Origin: a virus
Taxonomy: Duplodnaviria; Caudoviricetes
Virus record (IMG/VR): IMGVR_UViG_3300030397_000177
Coordinates: 1 to 37,573 of that record
Length of the DNA stretch: 37,573 nt
Strand: one strand, 5' to 3'
Shown: positions 16,302 through 27,062 of the stretch, piece by piece
Layout: each line of letters starts with the position of its first letter
How positions within the stretch are numbered: position 1 is the stretch's first letter
Program-made: the position numbers and the translations under genes
The notes under the pieces: generated by a model
What the model was told of the DNA's origin: nothing
The model's input: the letters and a program-made list of their open reading frames with translations, nothing else
Database searches by the model: none

Positions 16302-18764
16302 ATGAACAAATTAACTATCAGCACTAAACTAATCACTGGATTTATTGCGTTCATAATAGTTTTCGGTGCCGTTCTATTAACCAATGCTGCCTCTTATACA
16401 TTGTACGAACATTTTAGTGGTCAACTACCCTTACTAGGAGATAGGGCACATATGGCTCTTGAGTGTGGAGTTGTTGATAGTCCTTCTGAGTATAATGGAT
16501 CTCTAGAACAGAATATTGACCTACTTGATTGTTTGCAAGTGGCCCAATTCGGTTCAGGTGGTGAGGAGTTGGAGCCTACTTCTATAGGAACAGGAGCAAC
16601 TTCTGCTGACCCTAATGTAACATACGTAACAGATACTGCGGATGACTTCGCGGTCGGTGGCACTGACTCTTCTGCTCCATTTTACTTTGACACCTCTTCT
16701 GCAAATCTGACTGCGGGTGGAATCAACGGAACCAAAGTAGTAGACGGGAATACTTATAGTCAGGATGGTACGGGGATTCAGAATGCTATTGATGACTGTA
16801 GTGCGGATAGTACTTGTGGGACCGTATTCTTGCCGTCTGGTTCTTATTCTGCGTCAACTAGTACTATTTTACAGTCAGGCATACAGTTGATCGGTGAGTA
16901 TGCGAGTACTACTGTAGTAACTTGTTCAGGAAACTCACCTTGTATTAGAACATTTTCAAAGGGAACTGACAAAACTGCTTATTCTGGTATTGCTGTAAAA
17001 AATTTAACTATTCAATCAGAAAATAGTGGTGCAGGTATACAAGAACATATCTTATGGTTGAGTAACGTAAATGGTCTGGACGTGGAAAACAATATATTAA
17101 CTCATTCTACGATTAGCGAGGTGCCATATCCTGGGTTACCGGAGAGTTTATTTGTTGAGCATTCTCAAAATGTCAATGTGGAGGGGAACTTTATTTATAA
17201 CGTTTCCGGCAATGGAGTTCAAATAAATGCAACTGATTATTTTGTTGTTGATAGTAATATAGTTGCTTCTTCCACTGACGATGGCATAGATATTGACTGG
17301 GATTTCGTTACTACGGGGACTACTCCGTCTCGTTGGGGAACTGTAAGTAATAATGTAGTTAGTCGTGTAACAAGTGGTAATGGTATAAGAGTAGAAAACT
17401 CAAGCCATATAACAGTTAGTGGTAATAACATTAATGATACGGACGGTGCAGCGTGTATCATAGTTAATAACTCTACGGAGAGTGGAGCTGAGACCAGGCA
17501 TGTAACTGTATCTGGAAACACGGTTCAAAATTGTCAACAAGATGGTATTAGTATTGTTGCTGCACAAGCAGCAGGCGTTAATGAGACTAAGTTTGTAAAC
17601 GTGGTAGGTAATACGGTATACACAAGTGCGTTAAATGAGGGATCTAACATTAGAGCAGGTATTGAGGTTAATGCAACTTCTACTCAGGTGGTTGGAAATT
17701 TCATATTCGACATATTTAAGAATGACACAAATGGAGGAGGGATTGTTGTAAATAAGGCTGACGACGTGTATATATCCAACAATACTATAGCGAGTACCAC
17801 GAATGGAATTGTGTTATGGAATGGAAGTGGTGGTATAGATTATGCGAGTACCACGATAGTGAACAATGTCTTTAGTGATGTTGATACTGAGTACACAGGA
17901 GAAATAAGTCAGACCGGGGTTTATATTAAGAGTATTGACTATGGAACATCAGGCCTTGGTCCATTAATAGGGTTTGGTGAACCAAATCCAGCCGATCTAT
18001 TCGAATTTAAGGTAGATCGAAGCAATGATGACACCCTTAAAATTTCTGATTCTGGAACAGGACAAATAAAACTAATCTTCAGTGAAAATGGATTTGACGC
18101 AATGAGTCTGTTCTACGATGGTTCTGGGGCAGGAGACGCTGGAAACAAGTTTAACATTAGGAATGAAAACGGTGGTTCTGACCAACTCACAGTAACAAGG
18201 GGTGGTGATGTAGGAATAGGAGATAATACCCCTGATTATAGGTTTGATGTGGGCGATGTGTTTAGTGTAGATACATTAGGTAACGCAACCACAACAGGAC
18301 AACTAGTAGTCGGATCTCCAACTGGTGGTGGACAAGGTACAGGAACAATCAACGCTCAAGCGATTTATGATGACGGCACAGGTCCGTTAACTGATTATTT
18401 ATTTGATCTTTACTATGACGGTAAACTTCGGGTAGAAGATGCACAAAATCCAAAAATTACTAACCTCAATCCTCGTGTTTGGTCAATAGATGAGACCAAA
18501 GAGTTTGTTGAGCAGGAGCGTCATTTACCTTGGATTGACGGGAGAGACATGTGGAAGAAACAAGGTGGTAAGTTTTCTCTGGGGCAGTTGGTTGGTCAAT
18601 TTTGGGAAGCAATCGAACAAGTTTGGTTACAAGTCGTTGGTGTAGATAATAAAGTGAACCTAGAACTAGAAGAACAGAAACGAATCAACGAGTCTCTGCA
18701 AAACCAAATAAACGAACTAAAAGCTCTCATTGAGAGTGAGGGTTTGTATTGTTCAATTAATTAA
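16302..18764 (+). CDS. Parallel beta-helix (pectin-lyase-like) tailspike/depolymerase with a signal peptide and a C-terminal chaperone-like domain
   Basis: IQNAID...VFLPSGSY start motif, VxGNxI/NNxI repeats, DYLFD...RHLPWI plus coiled coil. Confidence 0.75.
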   Translation: MNKLTISTKLITGFIAFIIVFGAVLLTNAASYTLYEHFSGQLPLLGDRAHMALECGVVDSPSEYNGSLEQNIDLLDCLQVAQFGSGGEELEPTSIGTGATSADPNVTYVTDTADDFAVGGTDSSAPFYFDTSSANLTAGGINGTKVVDGNTYSQDGTGIQNAIDDCSADSTCGTVFLPSGSYSASTSTILQSGIQLIGEYASTTVVTCSGNSPCIRTFSKGTDKTAYSGIAVKNLTIQSENSGAGIQEHILWLSNVNGLDVENNILTHSTISEVPYPGLPESLFVEHSQNVNVEGNFIYNVSGNGVQINATDYFVVDSNIVASSTDDGIDIDWDFVTTGTTPSRWGTVSNNVVSRVTSGNGIRVENSSHITVSGNNINDTDGAACIIVNNSTESGAETRHVTVSGNTVQNCQQDGISIVAAQAAGVNETKFVNVVGNTVYTSALNEGSNIRAGIEVNATSTQVVGNFIFDIFKNDTNGGGIVVNKADDVYISNNTIASTTNGIVLWNGSGGIDYASTTIVNNVFSDVDTEYTGEISQTGVYIKSIDYGTSGLGPLIGFGEPNPADLFEFKVDRSNDDTLKISDSGTGQIKLIFSENGFDAMSLFYDGSGAGDAGNKFNIRNENGGSDQLTVTRGGDVGIGDNTPDYRFDVGDVFSVDTLGNATTTGQLVVGSPTGGGQGTGTINAQAIYDDGTGPLTDYLFDLYYDGKLRVEDAQNPKITNLNPRVWSIDETKEFVEQERHLPWIDGRDMWKKQGGKFSLGQLVGQFWEAIEQVWLQVVGVDNKVNLELEEQKRINESLQNQINELKALIESEGLYCSIN

Positions 18765-18792
18765 AAGTCTATTATCAACTTAATTAAAAAAT

Positions 18793-18939
18793 ATGCTTTA
18801 CGACAAGAAAATGCCAACTTTGGCAGATAAGATCTCCGAAAAACATGAAGATGGAGAAAAAACAGAACTAAAAAAGAAAGAAAAAACAAAGGTCGTTAGA
18901 AAGAAGGTTAAGAAAACACATGGAAAAACTAAAAAATAA
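18793..18939 (+). CDS. Lys-rich small protein, 48 aa (not in the ORF track)
   Basis: MLYDKKMPTLADKISEK...KKTHGKTKK fills the intergenic gap. Confidence 0.5.
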   Translation: MLYDKKMPTLADKISEKHEDGEKTELKKKEKTKVVRKKVKKTHGKTKK

Positions 18940-19522
18940 GAATGGAATATTTTACGTAGTTATTTCATTTCTTGCAGTTTTGGGGGTTGCAAGTCTGGTT
19001 TACGCCTACTCAATACCACAAAACATAAATGTAAGCGGTGACTATAACTACTATGAAGCAGAAGGACAACCTGAAGAAGTTAACTTCGGAGCGTCATCCG
19101 GACCGGATCACTTTTTCCCTCAGAGGTTCCACTCTAACTTTTCTGTAGGTGGAGAATACTATGCAACAACTACTGGCGGGGGGTTAACTGCTTACACTTT
19201 GACTAATACTGAGTTAGCAGCTGACTTTTCTACTAGCTTTTTGGACATTAACCCAGGTAACGACTTGACATTAACTACTATGGCAAGTACGTCTGCTCCA
19301 TTAGTGAATTTGAATGTTGGTGAGTTTTACTCGGTGTATATGCGTAACTCTTCTACTACTGCGGCAGTCATTACCTTAGCGGCTGGCACAGGAGTTGATT
19401 TGCAGGAAGATGAAGGTGAAACTGTGACGGTTAATAACGGTGAAATTTCAAGACTCACGTTTCTTAAGGGGACAACTACAGATGTTATTGCGTGGTTAGA
19501 AGTGGGTCAAATAGGTGATTAA
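18920..19522 (+). CDS. Virion-like protein with an N-terminal TM anchor
   Basis: TM at residues ~10-29; ITLAAGTGVDL fibre/decoration-like motif. Confidence 0.6.
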   Translation: MEKLKNKNGIFYVVISFLAVLGVASLVYAYSIPQNINVSGDYNYYEAEGQPEEVNFGASSGPDHFFPQRFHSNFSVGGEYYATTTGGGLTAYTLTNTELAADFSTSFLDINPGNDLTLTTMASTSAPLVNLNVGEFYSVYMRNSSTTAAVITLAAGTGVDLQEDEGETVTVNNGEISRLTFLKGTTTDVIAWLEVGQIGD

Positions 19523-19568
19523 TAATTAAACAATTTGGCAGTTGCTTATCTGCCTTAACAAAAATTCT

Positions 19569-20153
19569 ATGTCAGATGAAATTTTGGATGGTCAGGAATC
19601 CTTAAACCCTGAAGGTGACCAAGACACTAATCTTGAAGACGGATCGGATGATTCTGGTGAGCTTACAAAGGCGCAAGAGTACGGGAAGAATCAAAAGGTT
19701 CGTGCTGAGAAAGCCGAGAAGGAGGCAAAAGACCTTAAGGCTAAATTAGCAGAGTTAAGTAAAGACGGTGAACCTGAAACACCTAAAAAACAAGGGAAAT
19801 CAGACGAACCAGATTATGCAAAACTAGCTTATTTAAAAGCTGAAGGCGTTACTCATCCTGATGATCAAAAGATTGTTCAAGATGAAGCCTCAAGGCTAAA
19901 ACTGCCTTTAACTGATGTACTTCAAATGGAGCATATCAAAACAAAGTTAAAGGACACCCAAGACCAACGGGAGGCCCAAAGTGGCGCACCGAAGGGCAAG
20001 GGTAAATCTGGAGGAGCCACCCAGCAAGACGTAGATTACTGGCTTGCTAAAGGGGAAGTTCCTAAAGATGATATGGAACTAGCGAATAAGGTTATTGACG
20101 CGAAGATGAAGAAGGAAACAAACTCAAACGCGTTTTCAGATGACCTTTTCTAA
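19569..20153 (+). CDS. Capsid scaffolding protein
   Basis: Acidic N-terminus and coiled coil, directly before the capsid gene; ATG at 19569. Confidence 0.65.
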   Translation: MSDEILDGQESLNPEGDQDTNLEDGSDDSGELTKAQEYGKNQKVRAEKAEKEAKDLKAKLAELSKDGEPETPKKQGKSDEPDYAKLAYLKAEGVTHPDDQKIVQDEASRLKLPLTDVLQMEHIKTKLKDTQDQREAQSGAPKGKGKSGGATQQDVDYWLAKGEVPKDDMELANKVIDAKMKKETNSNAFSDDLF

Positions 20154-20200
20154 ATCTGGTGCAGTCGTCGTCTGATTCTTGAAAACTAACTAGAAAAACG

Positions 20201-21103
20201 ATGGCTAATACAATTGTATATAACAAGCATGACTATGTCATGCGAATGCGAAAGCGTATTGCTACACCAACTACTTGGCGTGATGTTATGGAAGTTAGAG
20301 TGCAGGACGATCGAACAATTGTTCGTGGTGCTATGACTACTGAGTCTAGTGTACAAACAGGTACTCGTGGAACTGCCTACACATATCAAGACTATACGTT
20401 GGCACAAGATACTCAGCAAATTAACTTGAAGAGGATCTTACCAATGTTCGTTGATGAAGCAGACCGCGCACAGCAAAGTTATGTTGATGCAATGCAACTT
20501 GCTGACTTTCAAGGTAAGAAGGTTAACGAATATCTCGAAGCACAAGTACTTGCACAGCATGCTAGTTGGACAGACTTTGGTGTCACTGACCTTGCTAACA
20601 CAGGAGACGACGACACTTCTCAAATTACTGTATCAGCGGCTAATATCGACGATATTATTCGTGCAGTAAAACGTAAAATCTATGCTAACAACGGTGTAGA
20701 CTTTGCAGTTGAAAATGGTTTGTTCTTCGTATGGCGACCAGAAGACTTTGAGCTTTTGGAAGCGTTTGTACAAGCTAATGGTTTCACCGAAGCTGATATT
20801 GCTTTGAAGAATGGTATCCCTGTTCAAAAAGCATTCCGCTACATGGGTGTTGATCACTACCTTTCTACTTCTCATACTGCTAACCACGTGTTCGCAGGTA
20901 TCAAGAAGCTTGGAATTATCGGTATTCTTCGACACACATTCGGTAAGACTAAGTTCATTGAAGACCCAGCAGGTCCATCAGACGGTGCTTCAACCAATGC
21001 CCTTTCAGGGCTTGGTGTAGTTACTCGTGTTGATTATGGCTTTGACTGGTGTGGTACTACAAACTACTACAAGGAATTTTGGATCGACCTTAATGTGTCG
21101 TGA
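20201..21103 (+). CDS. Major capsid protein (HK97 fold, P22-coat-like)
   Basis: MANT start, FVDEADRAQ, 300 aa after the scaffold, high-expression codon style. Confidence 0.75.
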   Translation: MANTIVYNKHDYVMRMRKRIATPTTWRDVMEVRVQDDRTIVRGAMTTESSVQTGTRGTAYTYQDYTLAQDTQQINLKRILPMFVDEADRAQQSYVDAMQLADFQGKKVNEYLEAQVLAQHASWTDFGVTDLANTGDDDTSQITVSAANIDDIIRAVKRKIYANNGVDFAVENGLFFVWRPEDFELLEAFVQANGFTEADIALKNGIPVQKAFRYMGVDHYLSTSHTANHVFAGIKKLGIIGILRHTFGKTKFIEDPAGPSDGASTNALSGLGVVTRVDYGFDWCGTTNYYKEFWIDLNVS

Positions 21104-21203
21104 TTGGCTAGCCCTAGCCAAAAAATGTTAACAGTATTTAATTATATTGCCTCTGTTGAGCAGACAATTCGGACCGTCTTGCTCAACAAGGTCTGAAGGT
21201 AAT

Positions 21204-21746
21204 ATGTATAAAGATAAAGAAAAGTATAAAGCATACCAAAAACAATGGAGGGAGAAAAATAGAGAAAAACTAAAAGCCTATCATCGAGAGTACGAAAAAA
21301 GTAGACGAAAGAGAGATAAAAAGGAAAGGAGATTTTTCTGGATATATAACGCAATGAGACGTAGGTGTGAACAACCAAGTTACACCCAATACAAAGACTA
21401 TGGAGGAAGGGGGATTAAAGTTTGTGACAGGTGGAAGGAGTTCAAAAACTTTAAAGTTGACATGTTTGATAGTTATGAGATGGGTTTGACGATAGATAGG
21501 GTTGATGTAAATGGAAATTACGAGCCAGAAAATTGTAAGTGGTCGACTCGTCAAGAGCAAAGCGAGAATAAAAGATGCAATATAAGAGTTACGTACTTAG
21601 GAGAAACAAAAACATTATTGCAGTGGAAAAAAGATTTAGATATAAAAGTTGGCTATGGAACTTTGAGGCAGAGGTATTACAGTGGGATGAAGCCAAGAGA
21701 AATACTTAAGACCAGTCTCTACCGGCCAGCAAAGTTACTAAAATAA
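21204..21746 (+). CDS. HNH-type homing endonuclease-like protein
   Basis: MRRRC...YKDYGGRGIKVCDRW...TIDRVDVNGNYEPENCKW; ATG at 21204. Confidence 0.85.
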   Translation: MYKDKEKYKAYQKQWREKNREKLKAYHREYEKSRRKRDKKERRFFWIYNAMRRRCEQPSYTQYKDYGGRGIKVCDRWKEFKNFKVDMFDSYEMGLTIDRVDVNGNYEPENCKWSTRQEQSENKRCNIRVTYLGETKTLLQWKKDLDIKVGYGTLRQRYYSGMKPREILKTSLYRPAKLLK

Positions 21747-21748
21747 TT

Positions 21749-22693
21749 ATGAAGTTTTACGACGTTTTAACAAAAAATACTATCAGAGACGAAATAAATC
21801 GCATTTGTGGTACTACAGATGAGGTTTATTCGTTGCGGGATAAGTTAGCCAGAGTCGACGAGGCTTTAAATGAATACTGGGCTTTAGCGTCTGATTCAGC
21901 GCCAGAAGGTACTTTTGACGACACTGGTAATAGCTCAGTACCTATTGAGACGCAAAACATTGTTGAGGGTACTAATGCTTACAAAATATCTGACTTTACT
22001 AATGAGGTATTACAAATTCTTAAAGTCACAGTATTAGATGGTGATGGTATTGAACATGAGTTGATTCGTGAAGAATTTGACGACTTACATGAGTTCAACT
22101 ACCACTATTCAACTGATTCAGATAAAAGGGGTATTCCTTCATACTGGGCTATTTTAGGTGATTATATCTATTTACGTGCTTGTCCTGACTACTCAGAAGC
22201 TTCGGGTTTAAGAGTTTATGCGAACCGTGAGTTATCTAAGTTTACTCCCGTGGTTTTCACAACTACTAATGCAGGTAACCAGATAGATGCTACGGCTCAC
22301 GGTCTTTCAAATGGTGACGTAGTGATCTTTATGACTGATAACACCCTACCTAACGGTTATTCAACGGATACGGCATACTACGTTATTAATTCAGCGTCTG
22401 ACAGTTTCCAAGTAGCAACAGCAGGTAGTGGAAGTACTGTAACTATTTCAGATGACGGAACAGGGACACATAAATTTATTCATCTCAGTAAAGCACCTGG
22501 TATAGTATCGATTCACCATAAGTACTTAGCACGTAAAGCGTCACTAGACTTTTTGATTGAAAAAAAGTTACCACATGCAACGTCAGTAGCCGCTTTAATA
22601 GCTGGAGATGAACAGAAGATACAGGAATACTGGCAGAATAGAGACCGTAGATTGAGAACCATTATACAACCAATGAGAAGACGATTTAGATAA
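21749..22693 (+). CDS. Head-tail adaptor/tail tubular protein A-like, with an inserted beta domain
   Basis: GIPSYWAILGDYIYL motif; insert ATAHGLSNGDVV...YYVIN...FQVA. Confidence 0.6.
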   Translation: MKFYDVLTKNTIRDEINRICGTTDEVYSLRDKLARVDEALNEYWALASDSAPEGTFDDTGNSSVPIETQNIVEGTNAYKISDFTNEVLQILKVTVLDGDGIEHELIREEFDDLHEFNYHYSTDSDKRGIPSYWAILGDYIYLRACPDYSEASGLRVYANRELSKFTPVVFTTTNAGNQIDATAHGLSNGDVVIFMTDNTLPNGYSTDTAYYVINSASDSFQVATAGSGSTVTISDDGTGTHKFIHLSKAPGIVSIHHKYLARKASLDFLIEKKLPHATSVAALIAGDEQKIQEYWQNRDRRLRTIIQPMRRRFR

Positions 22694-22694
22694 T

Positions 22695-24161
22695 ATGCCT
22701 AAAGCTTTAGTAATTAACGCACCCTTAAAAGGAATCGCCCAAAGTCCCCATTTTGGATTTGGCAACATGCAGAACATAGATATTTATACTGTTCCGGGTG
22801 TTGCTAAGCTCAATACAATTTTAGTTAAGGAGAGTGCTAGTGTGGTTGATGCTCAAGTAACGTGGATCGTTAAAAATCCGGCCAACCCAACTAATCTTTA
22901 TGCGATTGATGCTAATGGAGTTGTTTACAACTCTTCCAATAGCGGAGATTCATGGTCTGAGTTATCAGATCGTGGAGGATCAGGACAGGGGTTGATTGTT
23001 TGGAAGGACTACCTATTTGTAATGGAAGATACGAGTATAGATGTTTATGGGCCCTTGAGCGGTTCTCCATCGTGGACAGATAACTGGCAGACTGATTTAG
23101 ATAGCGATAGTTTATGGCATCCTTGCCTGGATTCAGTATTAGATGGTCACTTATACATCGGAGCAGGTAGGTATATGGCTAAGTTAGAGGAAGTGGTAGG
23201 GCAGAACTTTGCCCCCGGGTCTTCTTCTACGTACACTTGGACACCACAGAAACTAACTTTACCAGAGAACTATAGGATTAAATGCTTGACTGAATTAGGT
23301 AACAACATAATGATCGGTACATGGATGGGGACCAATATATATGACAATAAGATTGCTGACATTTTCCCATGGGATGGTAACGCAACGAATTTTGGAAAAC
23401 CGATAAGAATGGTTGAAAATGGGGTGAACGCAATGATTAGCAGAGGCGGTTACTTATATATTTTGGCGGGAATTGATGGGCTAATTTATAAATCTAATGG
23501 TTCTCAGGCTTGGGAGTTAGCTAGGATTCCACTATCAGTAGCAGATATTTCGGCTGGCAAATATTTAGAACCATACCCCGGAGCATTAATTAACTTTAAA
23601 GGACGATTGTTTTTTGCGGTTAACTCGCAATCAACAGACGGAATGGGGATTTATAGTTTATTGGAGACAAATCAGGGATCAATACTAAATTGTGAGCATA
23701 CTATCAGTACCGAAACTACTGGTGGAACTAATCCCTTAATAGTTGGAGCGTTACTAGGCATAACTAGAGATCAGTTTGTGGCAGGTTGGCGAGATAATGC
23801 GACTTACGGCATTGATTTATTAGATACCACGTCTTTTGCATATACGACAGATTACACAGGTTTTTTTGAAAGTCCGTTATATCAGGTTGGAACATATCTA
23901 AACGAGCGGCAGTTTAGTAAATTAGAGTTTGTTTTAGCTAAAGAGTTAGCGGCTAGTGAGGGTATCAGATTCAAGTTTAGGGTTAACCTAACAGATAGCT
24001 TCACAACGATTGGAACGTATACCACGGCAGAGATAGGAGCAGGTAAGACTTCTTTTCATACTACTGTAAATATCCCGGCTTGTGAGCAGCTACAAATTAG
24101 GGTCGAACTGTTAGGAACTAGTACCTCAACCCCAGAATTTAAGAATTTAAGATTAATGTAA
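22695..24161 (+). CDS. Tail nozzle/stabilisation protein (beta-propeller-like)
   Basis: Position after the adaptor; beta-rich, 488 aa. Confidence 0.55.
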   Translation: MPKALVINAPLKGIAQSPHFGFGNMQNIDIYTVPGVAKLNTILVKESASVVDAQVTWIVKNPANPTNLYAIDANGVVYNSSNSGDSWSELSDRGGSGQGLIVWKDYLFVMEDTSIDVYGPLSGSPSWTDNWQTDLDSDSLWHPCLDSVLDGHLYIGAGRYMAKLEEVVGQNFAPGSSSTYTWTPQKLTLPENYRIKCLTELGNNIMIGTWMGTNIYDNKIADIFPWDGNATNFGKPIRMVENGVNAMISRGGYLYILAGIDGLIYKSNGSQAWELARIPLSVADISAGKYLEPYPGALINFKGRLFFAVNSQSTDGMGIYSLLETNQGSILNCEHTISTETTGGTNPLIVGALLGITRDQFVAGWRDNATYGIDLLDTTSFAYTTDYTGFFESPLYQVGTYLNERQFSKLEFVLAKELAASEGIRFKFRVNLTDSFTTIGTYTTAEIGAGKTSFHTTVNIPACEQLQIRVELLGTSTSTPEFKNLRLM

Positions 24162-24739
24162 TGGCAGAAGAATTTAAAATCCAACCATCTTTTATACAGA
24201 CTAACCACGTACCGGTTGGGTTTGAACCGAAAAGAGAAAAAGAAAGCGAAGGTTTTCAGATTGATGATGACCCAGCACCTAATAAGGAGCCTGTGAAGCC
24301 GAATATTTCGGAAGACATAGATGACCTAGATGCTCTAGCGGTTAAGGAGGATAAAGAGGTTTTACATGTTGAATACTTTGCTAGTAACACTTTGATTATT
24401 AACGACGAAGACGCGGTAAGTACTGGCCTTACTTCATATACGAAACTAAAAGACATAACCGTCAAGTTAGGAGGTAGTTTAAGAGTAAGTTTTGAAGTTA
24501 GACAAAATGGTAACCCAGGCCAGACCGCATCAGCGCGAATCTATGTGAATGACGTAGCAGTTGGAACCGAGAGAACAAACACGACTGAGACTTTTGCAGA
24601 ATACACAGAAGATATAAGCGGACTTGATCCTTACGATAATGTTCAGATTTATGGAAAAGTCACTGCTGGTAACTGTCAGGTACGTAATTTTAAGTTACTA
24701 GGAGACAGAACGACGGGTGATGACTATTTAGTTAATTAA
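24161..24739 (+). CDS. Putative tail accessory protein
   Basis: C-terminal beta-sandwich (ARIYVNDVAVGTER). Confidence 0.5.
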   Translation: MAEEFKIQPSFIQTNHVPVGFEPKREKESEGFQIDDDPAPNKEPVKPNISEDIDDLDALAVKEDKEVLHVEYFASNTLIINDEDAVSTGLTSYTKLKDITVKLGGSLRVSFEVRQNGNPGQTASARIYVNDVAVGTERTNTTETFAEYTEDISGLDPYDNVQIYGKVTAGNCQVRNFKLLGDRTTGDDYLVN

Positions 24740-24868
24740 ATAATATGAAAGACGCAAAAAAGGTTAAACAAGAAGCAAAGGAAAAGTTGGTTGATGCTGT
24801 TGAAAAAGTTAGGAATCTTCGGGACCTCAAGAAATTGTTAAAAAAAATTATCGTTTTAATAAAGTAAT

Positions 24869-27061
24869 ATGGCTACACAAGATGAAATCCAAAAAGCTAT
24901 AAAGAAACACGGTGGTAATATCAACAACCAAACCCTTGCTAAAGAGTTACCAGGTGTTAGTAGGGCCACTTTCGACGCTCATCGTTTTATTAACTCGGGT
25001 GCGCCTTTACCAACGGCAACGGATAACAAGGGATTAAATCCTGGAGCTGTGGCAGAGATTCTAAGGATAAAAGGGCAGGCTCCTTTACCAACTGGTAGTC
25101 CTTCACTAAACGTACCAATTGCTAACCCACAAACACCTGAAGAAATTAGACAAGCCAACGAAGCCATTGCACTTGGAGGTCAGTTTGCAGGTAGACCAGA
25201 CTTAACACCTGAACAAAGACGTACCCCGATCCCTGTACCTAGTGAGGAAAACTTTAATATAGCAGGTTTCCAGGATTCACCACCAACTTCAAGCCCCGTA
25301 CCACAAGGAACACGTATTTTAAACGAAGCTGATTTACAAACTAAACGTGAAGAGTTGACTCGAGCAGGTGTAAGGCCAGAGGACTTCGCAAAGTTTATTA
25401 GTGCACCTGATGGACAAGGTAACTTATTTTTCACACAACCAGCGACGCTTACTAATACTAATACTGGTGAAAAGAAAGTAGTAGCTACTGGGTCACAAGA
25501 GGCTAGCAGGTTGTTATCTAGTGGAAACTATAAGTTAGGGAGTATCAACGTTACTCCTTCAACTGTTATCACCGGTACTGACTTAGTAGACGAGGCTAAT
25601 ATTGAAATAGCCGGGCTATCTGATGGTGAGTATCCAACTGAGTCGATAGAATCAACCATCGCTTCATCTAGTGCTTTAGGACAAAGTGTTAGTAGTTACT
25701 TGAGCCTATTAAAAGGTAACGTAACAGAGACTACTAAAGAAGCTAATAGTCTAACCGATAGCATAAACGAGTTGTTAGGTGAAACTGCAGGACAGGCGGA
25801 GGCTTTAGCAAATGAAGAAGAACGACTAGGTATTAGAGACTTAGAAGAAAAGCTGACTAATAAAGTAAATGAAATAAATATACGTACTGCCGCTTTACAA
25901 CAGAATCTAACCGAGGAAGAGCTGAGACCCCAGACATTAGGACGACTACAGGGTAGACAGGCAATGATGAGGAAACAAGCACAGGCAGATATTATGTTTT
26001 TACAATCAGAGGCACAAGCATTAATGAATAACATTAGTTTTGCTAAAGATACCGCGCAAAAGGCTGTTGAGGCTAAATATAACCCTATTTTAGAGGAGTT
26101 AAATATTAAGTTGCAACAGTTAGAACTAATTCAACCAGAACTTGATAAAGAGGAAGCTCAGTACGCTAGCGCTGTAAAGTTTGCATTACAAGATCAGCAG
26201 AACGCTGTAGTTGAAAAGAAAAATGTGGAATCTCAGATACAAGGGGTAAAGATTGACGCTATAAATGCTGGCATTACTGACGCTGATATTTTAAGTCAGA
26301 TCGGTAAGGCTGAGACAGTAAATGAAGCTTTGCAGATATTTGGAACTAATATACCTCAGGAGATCGTTACTACTTCTGGTGGAGGCGGTGGCGGGTTAAG
26401 TGGTGGATCAACAGTCACTGGAACTGATGGCATAGTAGCTGGAGAGTCGGGCCAACTCCTAGATCCTGAAGTGTCTGGATATATAGACCTCGTGAATCAG
26501 GGAAGAGTAACTGCTGCCCAAGCTTTAGATGACATCAGTAAAGAAAAGAAAGGCGAGTTAGCTATTGCCTTATCTTCTTCTACTGACCCAGAAAGTACTC
26601 TTAAAGATAGTATTTCTGAAGAGAAGTCACGGCTAGCAACTGACTTAACTAAACACAAGGGACTTAACTCAAGTGTTGGAACTACCGTCTTTGGTAGATT
26701 TGCACTTACTGACAGACTCACAGGAGCAAAGCAAGACTTTATCGCAGGAGTTGAACAACTAGTTAGCGGACTTTCTCTAGATGCCTTAATTCAAGCAAAG
26801 GCCCAAGGAGCTACATTTGGAGCTTTATCTGATTCGGAGTTACAGATACTCTCAGCCTCAGCATCTAAGATTGGTACATGGAGGCAAACAGACAAGAACG
26901 GTAATGTAACTGGCTACAAAGCGAGTGAGAAGTCTATGAAGGAAGAGTTAGATAGAATAAGCAAAACATTCTCCAAAGGAGAAAATGTCAATAGACAAGT
27001 CATGGATGATGGAACAGTTTGGGAACTACAACCAGATGGTAATTACTTATTAGTCAATTAA
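24869..27061 (+). CDS. Putative internal virion/ejection protein
   Basis: 730 aa, Q/A/E-rich helices, Gly linker, FGALSDSEL motif. Confidence 0.55.
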   Translation: MATQDEIQKAIKKHGGNINNQTLAKELPGVSRATFDAHRFINSGAPLPTATDNKGLNPGAVAEILRIKGQAPLPTGSPSLNVPIANPQTPEEIRQANEAIALGGQFAGRPDLTPEQRRTPIPVPSEENFNIAGFQDSPPTSSPVPQGTRILNEADLQTKREELTRAGVRPEDFAKFISAPDGQGNLFFTQPATLTNTNTGEKKVVATGSQEASRLLSSGNYKLGSINVTPSTVITGTDLVDEANIEIAGLSDGEYPTESIESTIASSSALGQSVSSYLSLLKGNVTETTKEANSLTDSINELLGETAGQAEALANEEERLGIRDLEEKLTNKVNEINIRTAALQQNLTEEELRPQTLGRLQGRQAMMRKQAQADIMFLQSEAQALMNNISFAKDTAQKAVEAKYNPILEELNIKLQQLELIQPELDKEEAQYASAVKFALQDQQNAVVEKKNVESQIQGVKIDAINAGITDADILSQIGKAETVNEALQIFGTNIPQEIVTTSGGGGGGLSGGSTVTGTDGIVAGESGQLLDPEVSGYIDLVNQGRVTAAQALDDISKEKKGELAIALSSSTDPESTLKDSISEEKSRLATDLTKHKGLNSSVGTTVFGRFALTDRLTGAKQDFIAGVEQLVSGLSLDALIQAKAQGATFGALSDSELQILSASASKIGTWRQTDKNGNVTGYKASEKSMKEELDRISKTFSKGENVNRQVMDDGTVWELQPDGNYLLVN

Positions 27062-27062
27062 T

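Noticed and set aside
21104-21126. Terminator after the capsid gene
   Set aside because: The hairpin TTGGCTA/TAGCCAA is followed by an A-run, not a U-run, so it is not a canonical terminator on either strand.
21103-21749. Group I intron containing the HNH gene
   Set aside because: The flanking genes appear complete, and the non-coding margins (~100 nt and 2 nt) are too short for an intron core.
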